This document shows positions 49,300 through 60,800 of a DNA stretch of 64,000 bases, piece by piece. The DNA lies in the NCBI GenBank assembly GCA_030141605.1, contig JAQGDQ010000005.1, positions 806,180 to 870,179 on the forward strand, read 5' to 3'. Position numbers and translations under genes: made by a program. Position 1 is the first letter of the stretch; every line of letters starts with the position of its first letter. Source of the stretch: Tubiluchus corallicola (Eukaryota > Animalia > Priapulida). The notes under the pieces are model-generated. The model was not told the DNA's origin, made no database searches, and saw only the letters and a list, made by a program, of their open reading frames with translations.

Positions 49300-52200
49300 T
49301 GGCTGCATCTTCTAGGTGTCTCAGTGTATGCCAAATTAATATCAACACTTTTTCTGTTCGTTCACAATATGCGTTAGACAAATATGTAAACTCCTACTAC
49401 TTTGATATTGTTACAGTACAGGAAGTGAAAGCTAAACAATACGATGATGTGACTCTAACTAATTATCAAAGTTATGTCAAAAATAAGGACCCAAATACTA
49501 GTGGATGTGCAGTATTCGTAAAAAATGGATTGATTAGTTGCAGACTACACGAATTAGAAGATAACAACACAGATACAATTTGGGTTTTAGTTAAAGGCAA
49601 AGGTTTGAAAATGATTGTAGCTTCTGTGTATGTTCTGCCAAACAAAGTCGAGCACATGCAATCAATGTTAGCTTCTTTCAAAAAGGCCTGCCTATTTTGT
49701 GATCAACAAAGCCTAGACGGTGTTATGCTAACTGGAGATCTAAATAGTAGAAGTTTCATGTGGGATGTAAAAACTAACTCACATGGGCAACTTCTAAATG
49801 ACTTTGTTTGGTCTAGAACATATCCAGTACTGCCTGTTGCACCGTTGGTTGAAACATTTAAATCAGCCCACGGCAAAAGCATCATTGATATTGTATTGCT
49901 AACAAACAATCTTGCGTCATTACCGGTGACACAAAGCGTTGACGACGAGGTTGAATTGTTTAGTGGAGCTCCGTTAATGGGCCACTTTCCAGTCATTACT
50001 AAGTTAGGTGCATCTTTCCATAACAGTAGCACAACAGCAAAGCGTACTGTCTTCGATTTCAAAAGCAGTAACTGGCATAGCTGGTCAGGTTTTTTAGAAA
50101 ATAGTTTGCGCTCCTTAACGATGCTATAATGCGAGAGGACCCTATTGAGCTGTGGCAGTTGTTTCAGAAATTAATAAAAAACAGCAATGAAGCTGTACTA
50201 CCAAAGAAAGTTATATGTAATCACTCAAAGCCGTTTTGGACTCAAAACTTAAGTTTTTTGTCAAACAATGTACGAAGGTTGAGAAAAATTTATCTAAAGC
50301 ATTCTAATATTCACAATAGGAACCGGTATCTTGAAGAAAAGAATAAGTTTGATGAAGAACTTCGCACAGCTGCTGATAACTGGCTTTATAAAAAGTGTGT
50401 CAACTTAAATGTTCGTAAAAGTAATGCATTCTGGAGAGAATATAAGAAAATATTTACTGGTAGAGCAAATTCAGATATCGGCATGCTAAAATATGAAGGA
50501 AATATATATAGCGAAAATCATGATATTTGTGAGGTACTATACAAAAATTTTTTAAGTGGAGATCACGTAAACGGTGCAAATTTTGATTATGTTTGGCAGC
50601 AGCAAGTAGAGGGGGAAGTTTCTCGCTATGATTATAGAGCCATGGTGCCCCTTGCTATAAATTGTAACTTTACAATGGATGAACTAAACATTGCTATAAA
50701 AGAAACAGTCACGCAAGGCAAAAGCACCGACTGTGATTGCTTTCATCCACTGATGGTTAAATACCTTGGCTTCTGGGCCAAGGCGGTTTTTCTATACTTG
50801 TGCAATCTTTGTTTAAGTAAAAGCGAGTGGGTTTGGCGTGAATCCAATGTAATATTCATTAAAAAGGAAGGCAAAACAAATTATACGGATCCTGGTAGCT
50901 TTCGACCCCTGACGCTCTCATCCTATTTTGGCAAATTTGCTGAACGTTTACTGTCAAATCGATTGAGAACTTACATGTTTGAAAATGATCTTATAGACGA
51001 AGTGCAGGAAGGTTTCATGGCAGGTCGCAATACTGGCCGCTATTTGATTCGCTTAATATCAAATATTCAAAAGCATTTACTACAAAATGATGTCTGTCTG
51101 TCTATCTGCTGTGATTTCCAGCGCGCTTTTGACAGCGTCTGGTTGGATGGTCTACTGTTTAAGCTATATGAGGCCGGCTTTAAAGGTAGAATTCTGGGTC
51201 TTATTAAGACTTTTCTATATGAAATGAATGTGCGCATCAAGGTCAATAACTATACTTCTCAGGAATACTGTTGTAAGATAGGTCTGCCACAGGGGTCAGT
51301 CATCTCCCCGGTGCTATTTAATTTTTATGTGTCCGACATGTTTGACGAAATCTTAGCAATAACAAACATTAATAATTTTAAATATGCAGATGACGGAACA
51401 ATACTTGTAGCTTGTTCTTCCGAAAATGAAACGCTTAGAACTAGTCAGCTGTGCTGTGATAAACTCTATAATTGGTGTTTTAAATGGCGGCAGATACTAA
51501 ATTGCTCGCAAGGAAAAACTGAAGTAATTCCATTTGGCCTTCATGATTTAAACGACTGCTTAAAATTTGGAACTAATGATGTAAGTTACGTGCAAAGTAG
51601 TAAAGTTTTAGGAGTTACAATCGACAGTAATTTGTCATTTGAAAATCATGTAAGTAAGGTTAGAAGACAAGCTTGGAACAGGTGGATGTCAATTAAGCGT
51701 AAGAGCATGCTGTATAAAGGTTTCAGTCTCAATGTTATCATTGCTCTATTTAAGACTTTAGTTTTACCAATTATAATGTATGCTGCTCCTGCCTGGATGG
51801 TAAGAAAGCACTCATTATTTGACGATCTGTTGTATGACGTTATGAAAACTGCTACTGGTTGTCACTTTCACCCGTCAAAAGACAAACTAGAGTTAATTTG
51901 TGGGCTACCCCCACTTGATATTATGTTTAAGGAATCACAGTAAAATTTATGCTAAAATCTCTAGCAATGTCGGATTCAGATTTAGTCAAAAGTCATATAA
52001 TAGAGATTAGTCGTGATCCCACAATCGGTCATAGACATTTCATTCGAGAATTACTGGCTTCTAGTGGTCAATATTTAAAATTATGTAAAAATTATAATTC
52101 ACGTACTATTGATTACGGTAATATACCACTGAATATCCTTGAGTACAAAAAACAGGATATTGAGCATTTTATAACACACCTATGGAAAAATAGATGCCGT

Positions 52201-52575
52201 ACTCGCTACCAATGCAAGGAGTTATCTATTCTTCCTGAAAATGTATTTTTAACTCCACTAGACCTTCCTTTTCATACAAATAGCAGAAGGCTAGAAAAAC
52301 TATCTTGTAGTATTTTATTAGGGCAAGGTAACTTCAAAGATTTTCTTTTTAAAATTGGATACATACACGAAAATGCCTGTATATGCTCAGAGGAAGCACA
52401 AACAGTTGAACATTTGCTTTTTAATTGTACTTTGGTCGACGAAAATAAAAGATTAGCGCTCGCAAATAGCCTACAATTTCACAACATTAGTAAAATTTAT
52501 ACATCTCGAGACAAAAACCTGCTAGTTGCTTTCTCTGAGTTAGTTTCTGATTCGTTTTTACAAACTTTAGTATAA
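49299..52575 (+). pseudogene. LINE ORF2 (AP endonuclease + reverse transcriptase + C-terminal Cys/His motif), split into 49299-50129, 50129-51943 and 51949-52575
   Basis: APE motifs QININ, VQE, TGDLN, SIIDIVL. RT motifs FRPLTLSS, QEGF, DFQRAFDSV, GLPQGSVISPVLF, YADD, KVLG. C-terminal CICSEEAQTVEHLLFNC. Two frame changes. Confidence 0.92.
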
Positions 52576-53869
52576 AATATTGAACTTTTATGTTATATCT
52601 GTCACTTTTATATTATACAGGTCGTTTTGTGTAAATTGTGTAAATTGGTACTATTTGATTTTAGTTGTTCTTTTATTGGTATATTGATTTATTGGTATTT
52701 AAAAGTCTTGCGAATATAACAGCTATTTTATTTACAAAGTTTTTTTAACCATACCCTGCAAATAGTGGGTCCCTGTATGTATTTTATGTAAATATTTGTA
52801 TATGCGTACAATTTTAAATTTTAAATAAAGAATTATAATAATAACAATAATAATCCTATTTAAATATCCGTCAAGCAGATAATGCTTCTTGGTGAGTAGG
52901 AATACCAGAGCAAAAGCTACTGTGACGTTTACTTATGATAGCAAAACATGCAGGCTCAGTACCAGATTTGATAAGGTAGGCACCAAAGGGAACTGAGTAA
53001 TATATTTATTGCTACTACATGACTGACAGTTTGTTTAATCATTGACAGAATCACAATGTAATTAAACAACATGTGTAAATAATTTATATAATCTTAATTT
53101 CGAGTATACTTACTGAACTACTAATTAGTGGAATGATTTACATTTAATGAAGGGATTCTCTATGCCATTCTGTCTGAAAGGAAATACATTAAGGTCACAA
53201 CAGAACAATGATTTAAACCACAGATTATTTTGTTGCAAGTCAAACGTCACGACCAATAGACTACCCTGGCCCAGTAATTATCGAGAGTACACTGTATGCA
53301 TCATTGCATAGTTACTTTAGCTCGTGCCTTCACATGTTTACGATCACAATGTACTACTTTTTATATTGCAGTTCCAATTACGTATATACATAACTAAAAA
53401 TAAAGGACTTAAATAAAACCGTTTCAAATGGACAATTTTCATGTTTTATTCAGAAAGTAAAACTTTAATTCAGTTTCACACAAAACTCTTGTCTTTGAGG
53501 AAGATTGTGCGACTCAGAGAGTCTCTCTCTTTCCGCACATAGAAACTGCTTAAACAAGCATTATTGAAAGCAGTTGAAAGCACTATGCGTGTTATCAATT
53601 CTGTAGATGAAACCATTTAAACACAGGGGTCGATGCATCATGTCGCAGTTAGGGCTAAAATTGCAAGATTTCACTGTAATTTTCTAGTCTCCATTTGCTA
53701 ATAATTATTTTTATAATTCGAATCCTATACTGTTACATTTGTTTTTTTATTCATTTGTTTGCTTGTCTGCTGTTTGTTATTGTTGCTGTATATCTATATC
53801 TTGGTCGCTCGCTTGTTGTGACCATCATCATCATTATTAATTTTGTCATTTTGTTGCTGTTCCATTAGC

Positions 53870-53905
53870 ATTGTTGTTGTTGTTGCTGTTGTTGTTACTG
53901 CTGTG
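53870..53905. repeat. (TTG)n microsatellite
   Basis: ttgttgttgttgttgctgttgttgttactgctg. Confidence 0.8.
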
Positions 53906-54700
53906 TGATGTAGATCCTATGTGCTATGTGAAATTAACATAGCTATCAGGTATAACAATTATCAGCTTTTGTAATAAAATCTTTCCGCTTATTTTCTTGG
54001 CCAAACTATAGAAAACATGAGCTACTGGGCCACTGCTAATGACTAATGATTGGACAGGAGTCTTGTTAATTGCCAAAAATAAATCTTCTACAATGAGACA
54101 GCTCGGCAAAAAATTGCAGGACCTACCCCCCCCCCCCCCCTAATTTGCCCAGCCATTACGAAAGTTCCAAACCTCTAGTGAACTATCGAAATCGACTAAA
54201 ACTTTCTATCTACAGATTCCCAGGCACCATAAAATTTTTGCATTTATCAATCAGATTTATTTTTAGCTTCGGCGTAGTGTTTTGTGACGTGTCGTAATAT
54301 GTTGTAATGAATGGCGAAGTTTAATAGTCAAAATATGTTACAATTTATAATAGTACAGCACCAACTGACTTCGAATCCGTATGCCATTATCACACTGTAC
54401 CACAAGTGCAACACCGCCAACGCGACCTTCCATATTTGGAAAATAATGAACGAACAATGACGCCTACAACAATGGACAAGACAGTCAAAACAAAGAACTA
54501 AGGCAACAGAACACACAAATCAGGAAAAAAGTCAGAGGAAATGAATGACTTACTTAATGAGTATTGTTAAACATCTGATGCTGACGGTATTGCAGTTCTG
54601 TAAAAATGAAATGTTTATAAAATTTATTTTTTGTGGTAAGAAATACTAGACATATTAGAAACAGTATAGCGAAGCTGCAAAATAAGTGGAATTAAGAGGC

Positions 54701-56116
54701 ATGAAGAAAAATGTGGTGCATTTCATATTTTGGCCGTTCTTTCTAGCTACCATGCGTTATGGTACCGCAGAGTCAGACTGGATGACCGAAAAAGAAAGAG
54801 TTGCTAGACTCAGATTTGGAATGGCGGCAGATCGCCAGCTTGCTCTCCAAGTAGTTAGAAAACTCATTCGTAATGACACAGTAATCCCTTTTTGCAGTGA
54901 GTTGAGGTTTTCGGAATGGATCTGCGGGCAGTCCGGCGGAGTGTGTACAGATGTGAAAAGCAATAAATTTATTTGCACGTGCCCAAATGGATTTACAGGT
55001 ACGATGTGTGAATCTGACATTGATGAGTGTAAGGAAGGGACGCATGAATGCAAAAATGGCGCCACATGTATCAACATTGTTTTTAGAGAAAATAGAAGAG
55101 AAAAAGGTGATGGCTACACTTGCTCATGTAAGCCTGGATTTCCTGGAAAATACTGCCATGTTTCTTTGAAAGATAAAGATACGTATAAATGCGACGGCAA
55201 TGCCAACCAAGCTAACTCGCAGGCTAATGCTTCGGCGCTAACTGGTTTACAGTCAAAAGATTATGCACTGATGGGCTACTATGATTTAGGCACATCAGTA
55301 ATCACAAAACATGAAAAATACAAACGTATTTTCGAATGGGCACGTAAAGTGATAAACGATCAGCTGGCTCGAGGTTTGAAGCCTAATATAACAGCAGCCA
55401 ACCGTACATTAGCAATTAAGCTACGAGGCAGCAATTTTCCTCTTTTTCCAGAAGATGGTGTCGAAGTGCAAGAAAAAAGTAAACTTCACCGAATTGCATA
55501 CGACTGGCTAAAAGATATTGACAATCCTCCAGAAAATGTCACATTTAGTAATAAAAACGGTTTCACTTTTGAGTTTACTGTTGCTCAACGACGTAAAGTT
55601 TATTATCGACCTATGATCGAAATTCGATTCAAAAAAGGAATGCTCATTAAAAGTTTCGTCATCAAGCCAGGTGTCGAAAAAACAGTATTTGATGAATGGA
55701 CAGAAAAGGCTAGAAAACTCTATTACAAATATACAGGTCGCTTGGTAACACAATTTAAATTTCAGTATTTGGACAAAAATAATGAGTGGACATGGTATGC
55801 AGATAGTAGTGGACAGCATGCGGTACTAAGAGTGGTAAATGACGATCAAGTTTCACAGATGAAAGCAACAAATATTATTGACCCCGATGTGGAATATAAA
55901 GTGCCTTTGCCAAATGAAGAAGTTCCTGCAGCTGGTGTCCGTATAGTACCCGAAGATTGGATTCCCAAAAAGAAAGCGGTAGACCCACAAAATATATGTT
56001 ATAAGGATTTAAATTCAAAAGAAGCAGAATGCCGAAAGATGCCCCGAATAGTACCAAAACGCAATGGGTTTTATGATCCAATGATGAGATTAGATATCAG
56101 AGGTTGCACAAATTAG
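54701..56116 (+). CDS. Intronless secreted protein: signal peptide, two EGF-like domains, and a divergent F5/8 type C (discoidin)-like domain (lactadherin/Del-1-like architecture), 471 aa
   Basis: ATG at 54701 starts MKKNVVHFIFWPFFLATMRYGTA. EGF1 ends CTCPNGFTGTMCE. Ca-type EGF2 is DIDEC...CKNGATCIN...YTCSCKPGFPGKYC. The C-terminal motifs VTQFKFQY...WTWY, GVRIVPEDW and MRLDIRGC* match the discoidin pattern. ATTAAA at 56215-56220 may be the polyA signal. Confidence 0.85.
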   Translation: MKKNVVHFIFWPFFLATMRYGTAESDWMTEKERVARLRFGMAADRQLALQVVRKLIRNDTVIPFCSELRFSEWICGQSGGVCTDVKSNKFICTCPNGFTGTMCESDIDECKEGTHECKNGATCINIVFRENRREKGDGYTCSCKPGFPGKYCHVSLKDKDTYKCDGNANQANSQANASALTGLQSKDYALMGYYDLGTSVITKHEKYKRIFEWARKVINDQLARGLKPNITAANRTLAIKLRGSNFPLFPEDGVEVQEKSKLHRIAYDWLKDIDNPPENVTFSNKNGFTFEFTVAQRRKVYYRPMIEIRFKKGMLIKSFVIKPGVEKTVFDEWTEKARKLYYKYTGRLVTQFKFQYLDKNNEWTWYADSSGQHAVLRVVNDDQVSQMKATNIIDPDVEYKVPLPNEEVPAAGVRIVPEDWIPKKKAVDPQNICYKDLNSKEAECRKMPRIVPKRNGFYDPMMRLDIRGCTN

Positions 56117-56879
56117 TCTGACGGCACTGAAAATTAAATTTTAAACGAGCTTGAAGACTGGCTAGTCAAAAAATTTTCAGTAATGCGATTGTGAGTTAAT
56201 GTAGGCAATAAGAAATTAAAACATATGTGTGTTACCAATGCTACATAAAATATATTTAATAATACAATGTTCATCATCTAAGTTTCTACTTGAGCAGCAG
56301 GATTTTTAAAAATCGTGCTTAATAGAAAACTAAAAGCAATCTAGAGAAAACTTGGTATTTAAGCCTTGGGTTAATTATTTAATTTTAAATTTTACTGGCT
56401 CTAAGTTAAGGATTTTCAATTGAATACATATATATATATATATACACACATTCCTATTCCATTTAATCTTTTGCGGTGAATTTTTCAGATTTCTAGGCTT
56501 CTAGCAACATTTTATAATTCGAGACATAATTCAACTTGTCTTCTGTGTGAGTTACACAGTTAAAGCATAATGGGACAAAATCGGGCAATAGCCAACAGAC
56601 ACAGTTAATAGATCTCACATTTATTACCTGTAAGGACTGTTTATTTATATTTCAATCTTTCAGTACCTGTAAGGACAATTCATTTATATTATTTATATTT
56701 GTTTGACCCGATTTGTACCAACCAAAAAAAAACCTTGCTTTAGAACTGGTGAGCTCTTGCTAATGTGGTCATAAAACCAGTGACTATTTGGTTTCTTGTG
56801 TTACCTTTTAATGGGGTGTCACTTGCACTACTATGCTGACATTTAGGTTCTTGCTTGGCTCAGTAACAATACGTGATGT

Positions 56880-57860
56880 TCCAGGTATGGACTTCTGCAA
56901 TTTGTATATGTAGTCTATAGGGTACCCCAAATGAATGACTAAAACAACCTAAAATGAAAATAAGACACACCAACTGATTTTAACATTATTTTATAAGGTA
57001 TGATCACTGGAGCCCAAAATTGATAATGACAGACATTTTAAGCTGTATTGGATACCTGCCAGATGCCCCCCAAATGTATGACCAAATTGGTACCTGAATC
57101 AAAAATATGAGGTACCAGCAGAAGTTAAGTGTAAATGATGATCTATCAATCCTGGGACCCTAAACATAACAATGAGGTTGTGTTTTGGTACTGACAAATT
57201 GACAATACAAGTGGTACTGACTATGGCCAGGCACCTTAAAAGTAGCATTACCCAAAATTAGGGCTCAGGTACCAACACAATTTAGGTAGATACCAGATTA
57301 GGTAAGTACACAAAACTTAGTGACCAAATTGGGACCTGGATCGAACATATGCAATGCCAGTTGAAATGTAAATTATGATCTATCAATCCTGGACAATGAT
57401 AGATAATTTCCGTATCCCAATTAGGTCCTGTATTTAAGGAATTTGGTTGGTGCCACGTACCAACTGAAATGTCTGTCATTACATACTTCAACATTCAAGA
57501 CAAGTAAATCAGATCGCACCCATTACATTAGTTGTGGGTCCTAATTTTGGACAACCCTACTTTTAGGGTATCTAGCTGGTAGTCAATACCACTTACATTG
57601 TCTGTCATTATAATATATGCAGGGGTCAAGATTAATAGATAACTCATTCACACTTAATGTCTGGCAGGCATCCAATACCACTCAAAATGTATGTCATTAT
57701 CAAATACTAGTTCTGTGGATTATGAACTATAATATAAAATTAAAAGCTTTCCTAGCTATAATTTAAAGATAGTATCTCATCTTTGATGTAGGCCATTTTC
57801 AGGGACCCCTTATGATTACCCTAAAGGCTACATATACTGGAATCCCGGCAGACATCCATG
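56880..57860. mobile_element. Old foldback-like / long-TIR element (about 1 kb degenerate inverted repeat)
   Basis: Several arm-to-arm reverse complements: ttgataatgacagacatttt..gtattggatacctgccag (about 57020-57062) vs ctggcaggcatccaatac..aaaatgtatgtcattatcaa (about 57661-57703); gacaatacaagtggtactgacta vs tagtcaataccacttacattgtc; ccaaaattaggg vs cctaattttgg. Confidence 0.7.
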
Positions 57861-60800
57861 TTTACCACGTCTAAGCTTCTTATATGAATAAATGTTGGTA
57901 TCAGTTGATCTATGCATTGACATTAGTTCCACTTTAAATGCTGGCATAAAAGGTACTATATTAGACCAAAGTCAATCAGATCAGACCTCAGAAAGACTAT
58001 ATGCTACACACACCAGAGCAGACTAGACCCAAATTTCTGACATAGTGTACTCACTGTACTGTACCAAGTCTGAAAGCTGTATTATCTAACTGAAAAACAA
58101 AACTATCAATTAAATCTAAAAGCTGTATTATCCAATTGACAAGCCAAACTGTCAATTATGTAGAATCAGCTTCAATAATAAGTGACCAAGCTGAAACACA
58201 CTATGGACATTAACAACCACGATGAATCCTATTGTACATAAATAACTGCCTTGGAATCAATCAAACCACTTTCTTGACAATATTCAATAGCTCTTAATTG
58301 GAACTAACAATACTACTCATAGATGAAAAAATCTTGTACAAACAGCAACAGCGAAAAAGCTTGTCAATTCTGAAGTACAAGTGGCTATACTTCAAATTTG
58401 CTTTAATGATATGCCAACAGATGATGTAAAAATGTATCTTTGAGGTAAAAAAGTTATCAATATAGGAAATCATAAAATAGATCAGGTGATCCTGTCTATA
58501 CTGGAACAAAACTCAAATGTGCCAAGAGTAATCAGCGTTGCAAGTAGCAGTGCGAATTGTGTGACAATGAATTCACAAATTAATAAAAAATTTGTACAAA
58601 AACAGACAAAGCCTACTCATATAAATCTTATTTACAAGGCACAGCCAGGAGTTTATGAAATAGCATGTAGACAGTGCTGTAAATCCAAGTGCTCAAAGGA
58701 CAAAAATCTAAGAAAGAAACTTTTACATCTCGCTCTGTACAAAAAACTTATCTAAAGATAAATAATTATAAAATAAAGCAAAAATAAATTACGTTCAGAA
58801 TTCTTGTGATAAGAGCCTTTTGTGAACCAAATCAATTTTGGGCAAGCACCATGTCCACTAAACTACCCTACCTCAGTAATCATGGCAATTCCTAAATCAA
58901 TTAATATTATAGTTCACCAACCATAACATTTCCAAGAGCTAATTTACTCATGTTAGAATAATTAGTAACTAACTAGATTCATAACTTTAAAACTAACATC
59001 AAGATTATTACTGTTGCAAAATAACAATTATTAAGTTTTAAAACTAATTTGATTTTGTTTGGCGGCCATGAGCCAATTAGTCCCAGTTGTGTAATAAGGT
59101 TAGATTAATATTAATTGATCCGGAAGGAACACTTTTTAACATATGACTATACAACAAAAATAATTTAGGTTCCCAATCAATGTCACATTACGTTCTGGGC
59201 ACAAACACAAATATATAGCCAATACTGTAGTCAATTAATAAGCACATGGTTTAAAACAGTGTCCCATTTTGTAGCAAACTCATAGTTAATGGGAATTGAG
59301 GCAGGAAAGGTTGTCTATGAGAGAATATATCTCTCTTTATTAGTAATACTACTGAATCAATAAAAACTCTACCAAATACTCAGAAACGGCAATCTGAATC
59401 CTGAAGTCTTACAGTATGCAAAAATGAATGAACTTCATTAGATTCGCTTTATTATATAGATCTACCAACATGAAAAAACCTATTAAAGCTTTAATTTGCA
59501 AGTTTTTTTAATCATTCTGCTTAAGTATTTTTTGTCACAATCCCTAGCATAGACTATCCTATTTTTCTATGGTGAATTAAGGTAGGTATTTATAAGAGAA
59601 AGAGTAGGTGCCATTTTCGAAGTTTTCTTTATAAAATGGCCACATAATTGAATCACAGCCTTCTGAGCTAAAAATGGATAATCAGAAACCTAAAAGACTG
59701 GTGTCACTCATGTATTTGAACAGGCAGTGCAATTTCAGTGCATACCATAGGTGCCACTTTCCCTTGATAAAACTGTAAAAAGTATTTACTAAATTGCATT
59801 TGCTTTGAATTACTGAAATGTAAAAGAGAGACTACATTAAATGATGTCATGTCCTCAAGAAGTACATTCTCTTGCTAACTTTGGAGTGAGCATAAGTTGC
59901 ACAACACACCAATTAAGTCTGTTACCTATAACAACACCAATATAGGTATATTTTATTTACTGACAACATGACAACAAATTTGGGTACCTCTAACACATGT
60001 AGCATGAGTGTTTACAAGTTCCTTAATAATGTAAAACATATATTTAAACTGTTATAATGAACAGAACAAGGGAAAACCTAGATAAGCATACTTATCTTAG
60101 GATTTCCCCTCTATCAAAGACAGGAAGTAAAAAAACTCACGATGGTTTTGTCCGACTTTAGATGGAAATAAAAAACCTTGAAATTCATTCAGCATTGATA
60201 CCGTGACTTAAACTGCAAAGCATTCAAACGGGGAGTTTTCACTAGCAAAAATAAGTGAATTCATGAGGACTAACAAAATATCGGCTAGTAGTAATAGCAG
60301 AGGTACCAACCATTTGAAATAAAAATATGTGTGAAATATAGAAATTGTCAGAAAATTGATGCAAAAAATAAAAATAAGGCAATTTCAAGCTACCAGTGAG
60401 CTTTCATATGTTATTGGAGTTCACCATGCAAAGATATATAAATAACTATGTTCTTTTGCACACATGAAAAAAGCTCAATAGCATCCAAAAGTGCTTAATT
60501 TTCAATAATTGTAATACCCTTTAGTGTAATACACATCGTAAGTATATATATCACAATATACATAGTTATGAATGCTACTGTGTTATTGAGAGTAGTACAA
60601 GCAGTGGTGCGCAGCCCATACATGCAACGCATGCCTTCTAATTTCCAAAAAATAATTACGATATAAAAAGCACTTGTAAATATTTCTAATAATTTGCTAA
60701 TATTGCTAATATTTATTAACATTTTATGCACGTATTGTATTATAACATCGGTATGCTATAGGTGTTGCGAAACTATTACACTACGCAAGCGACGCAGCTG

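Larger units (their letters stand above)
47711..52853 (+). mobile_element. Full-length non-LTR retrotransposon (APE-type LINE, I/Jockey-group-like), about 5.1 kb
   Basis: TSD tcctattta at 47702-47710 and 52854-52862. AATAAA is followed by a (TAA)-rich tail. Gag-like ORF1 and APE-RT ORF2 are in the canonical order. Confidence 0.93.
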
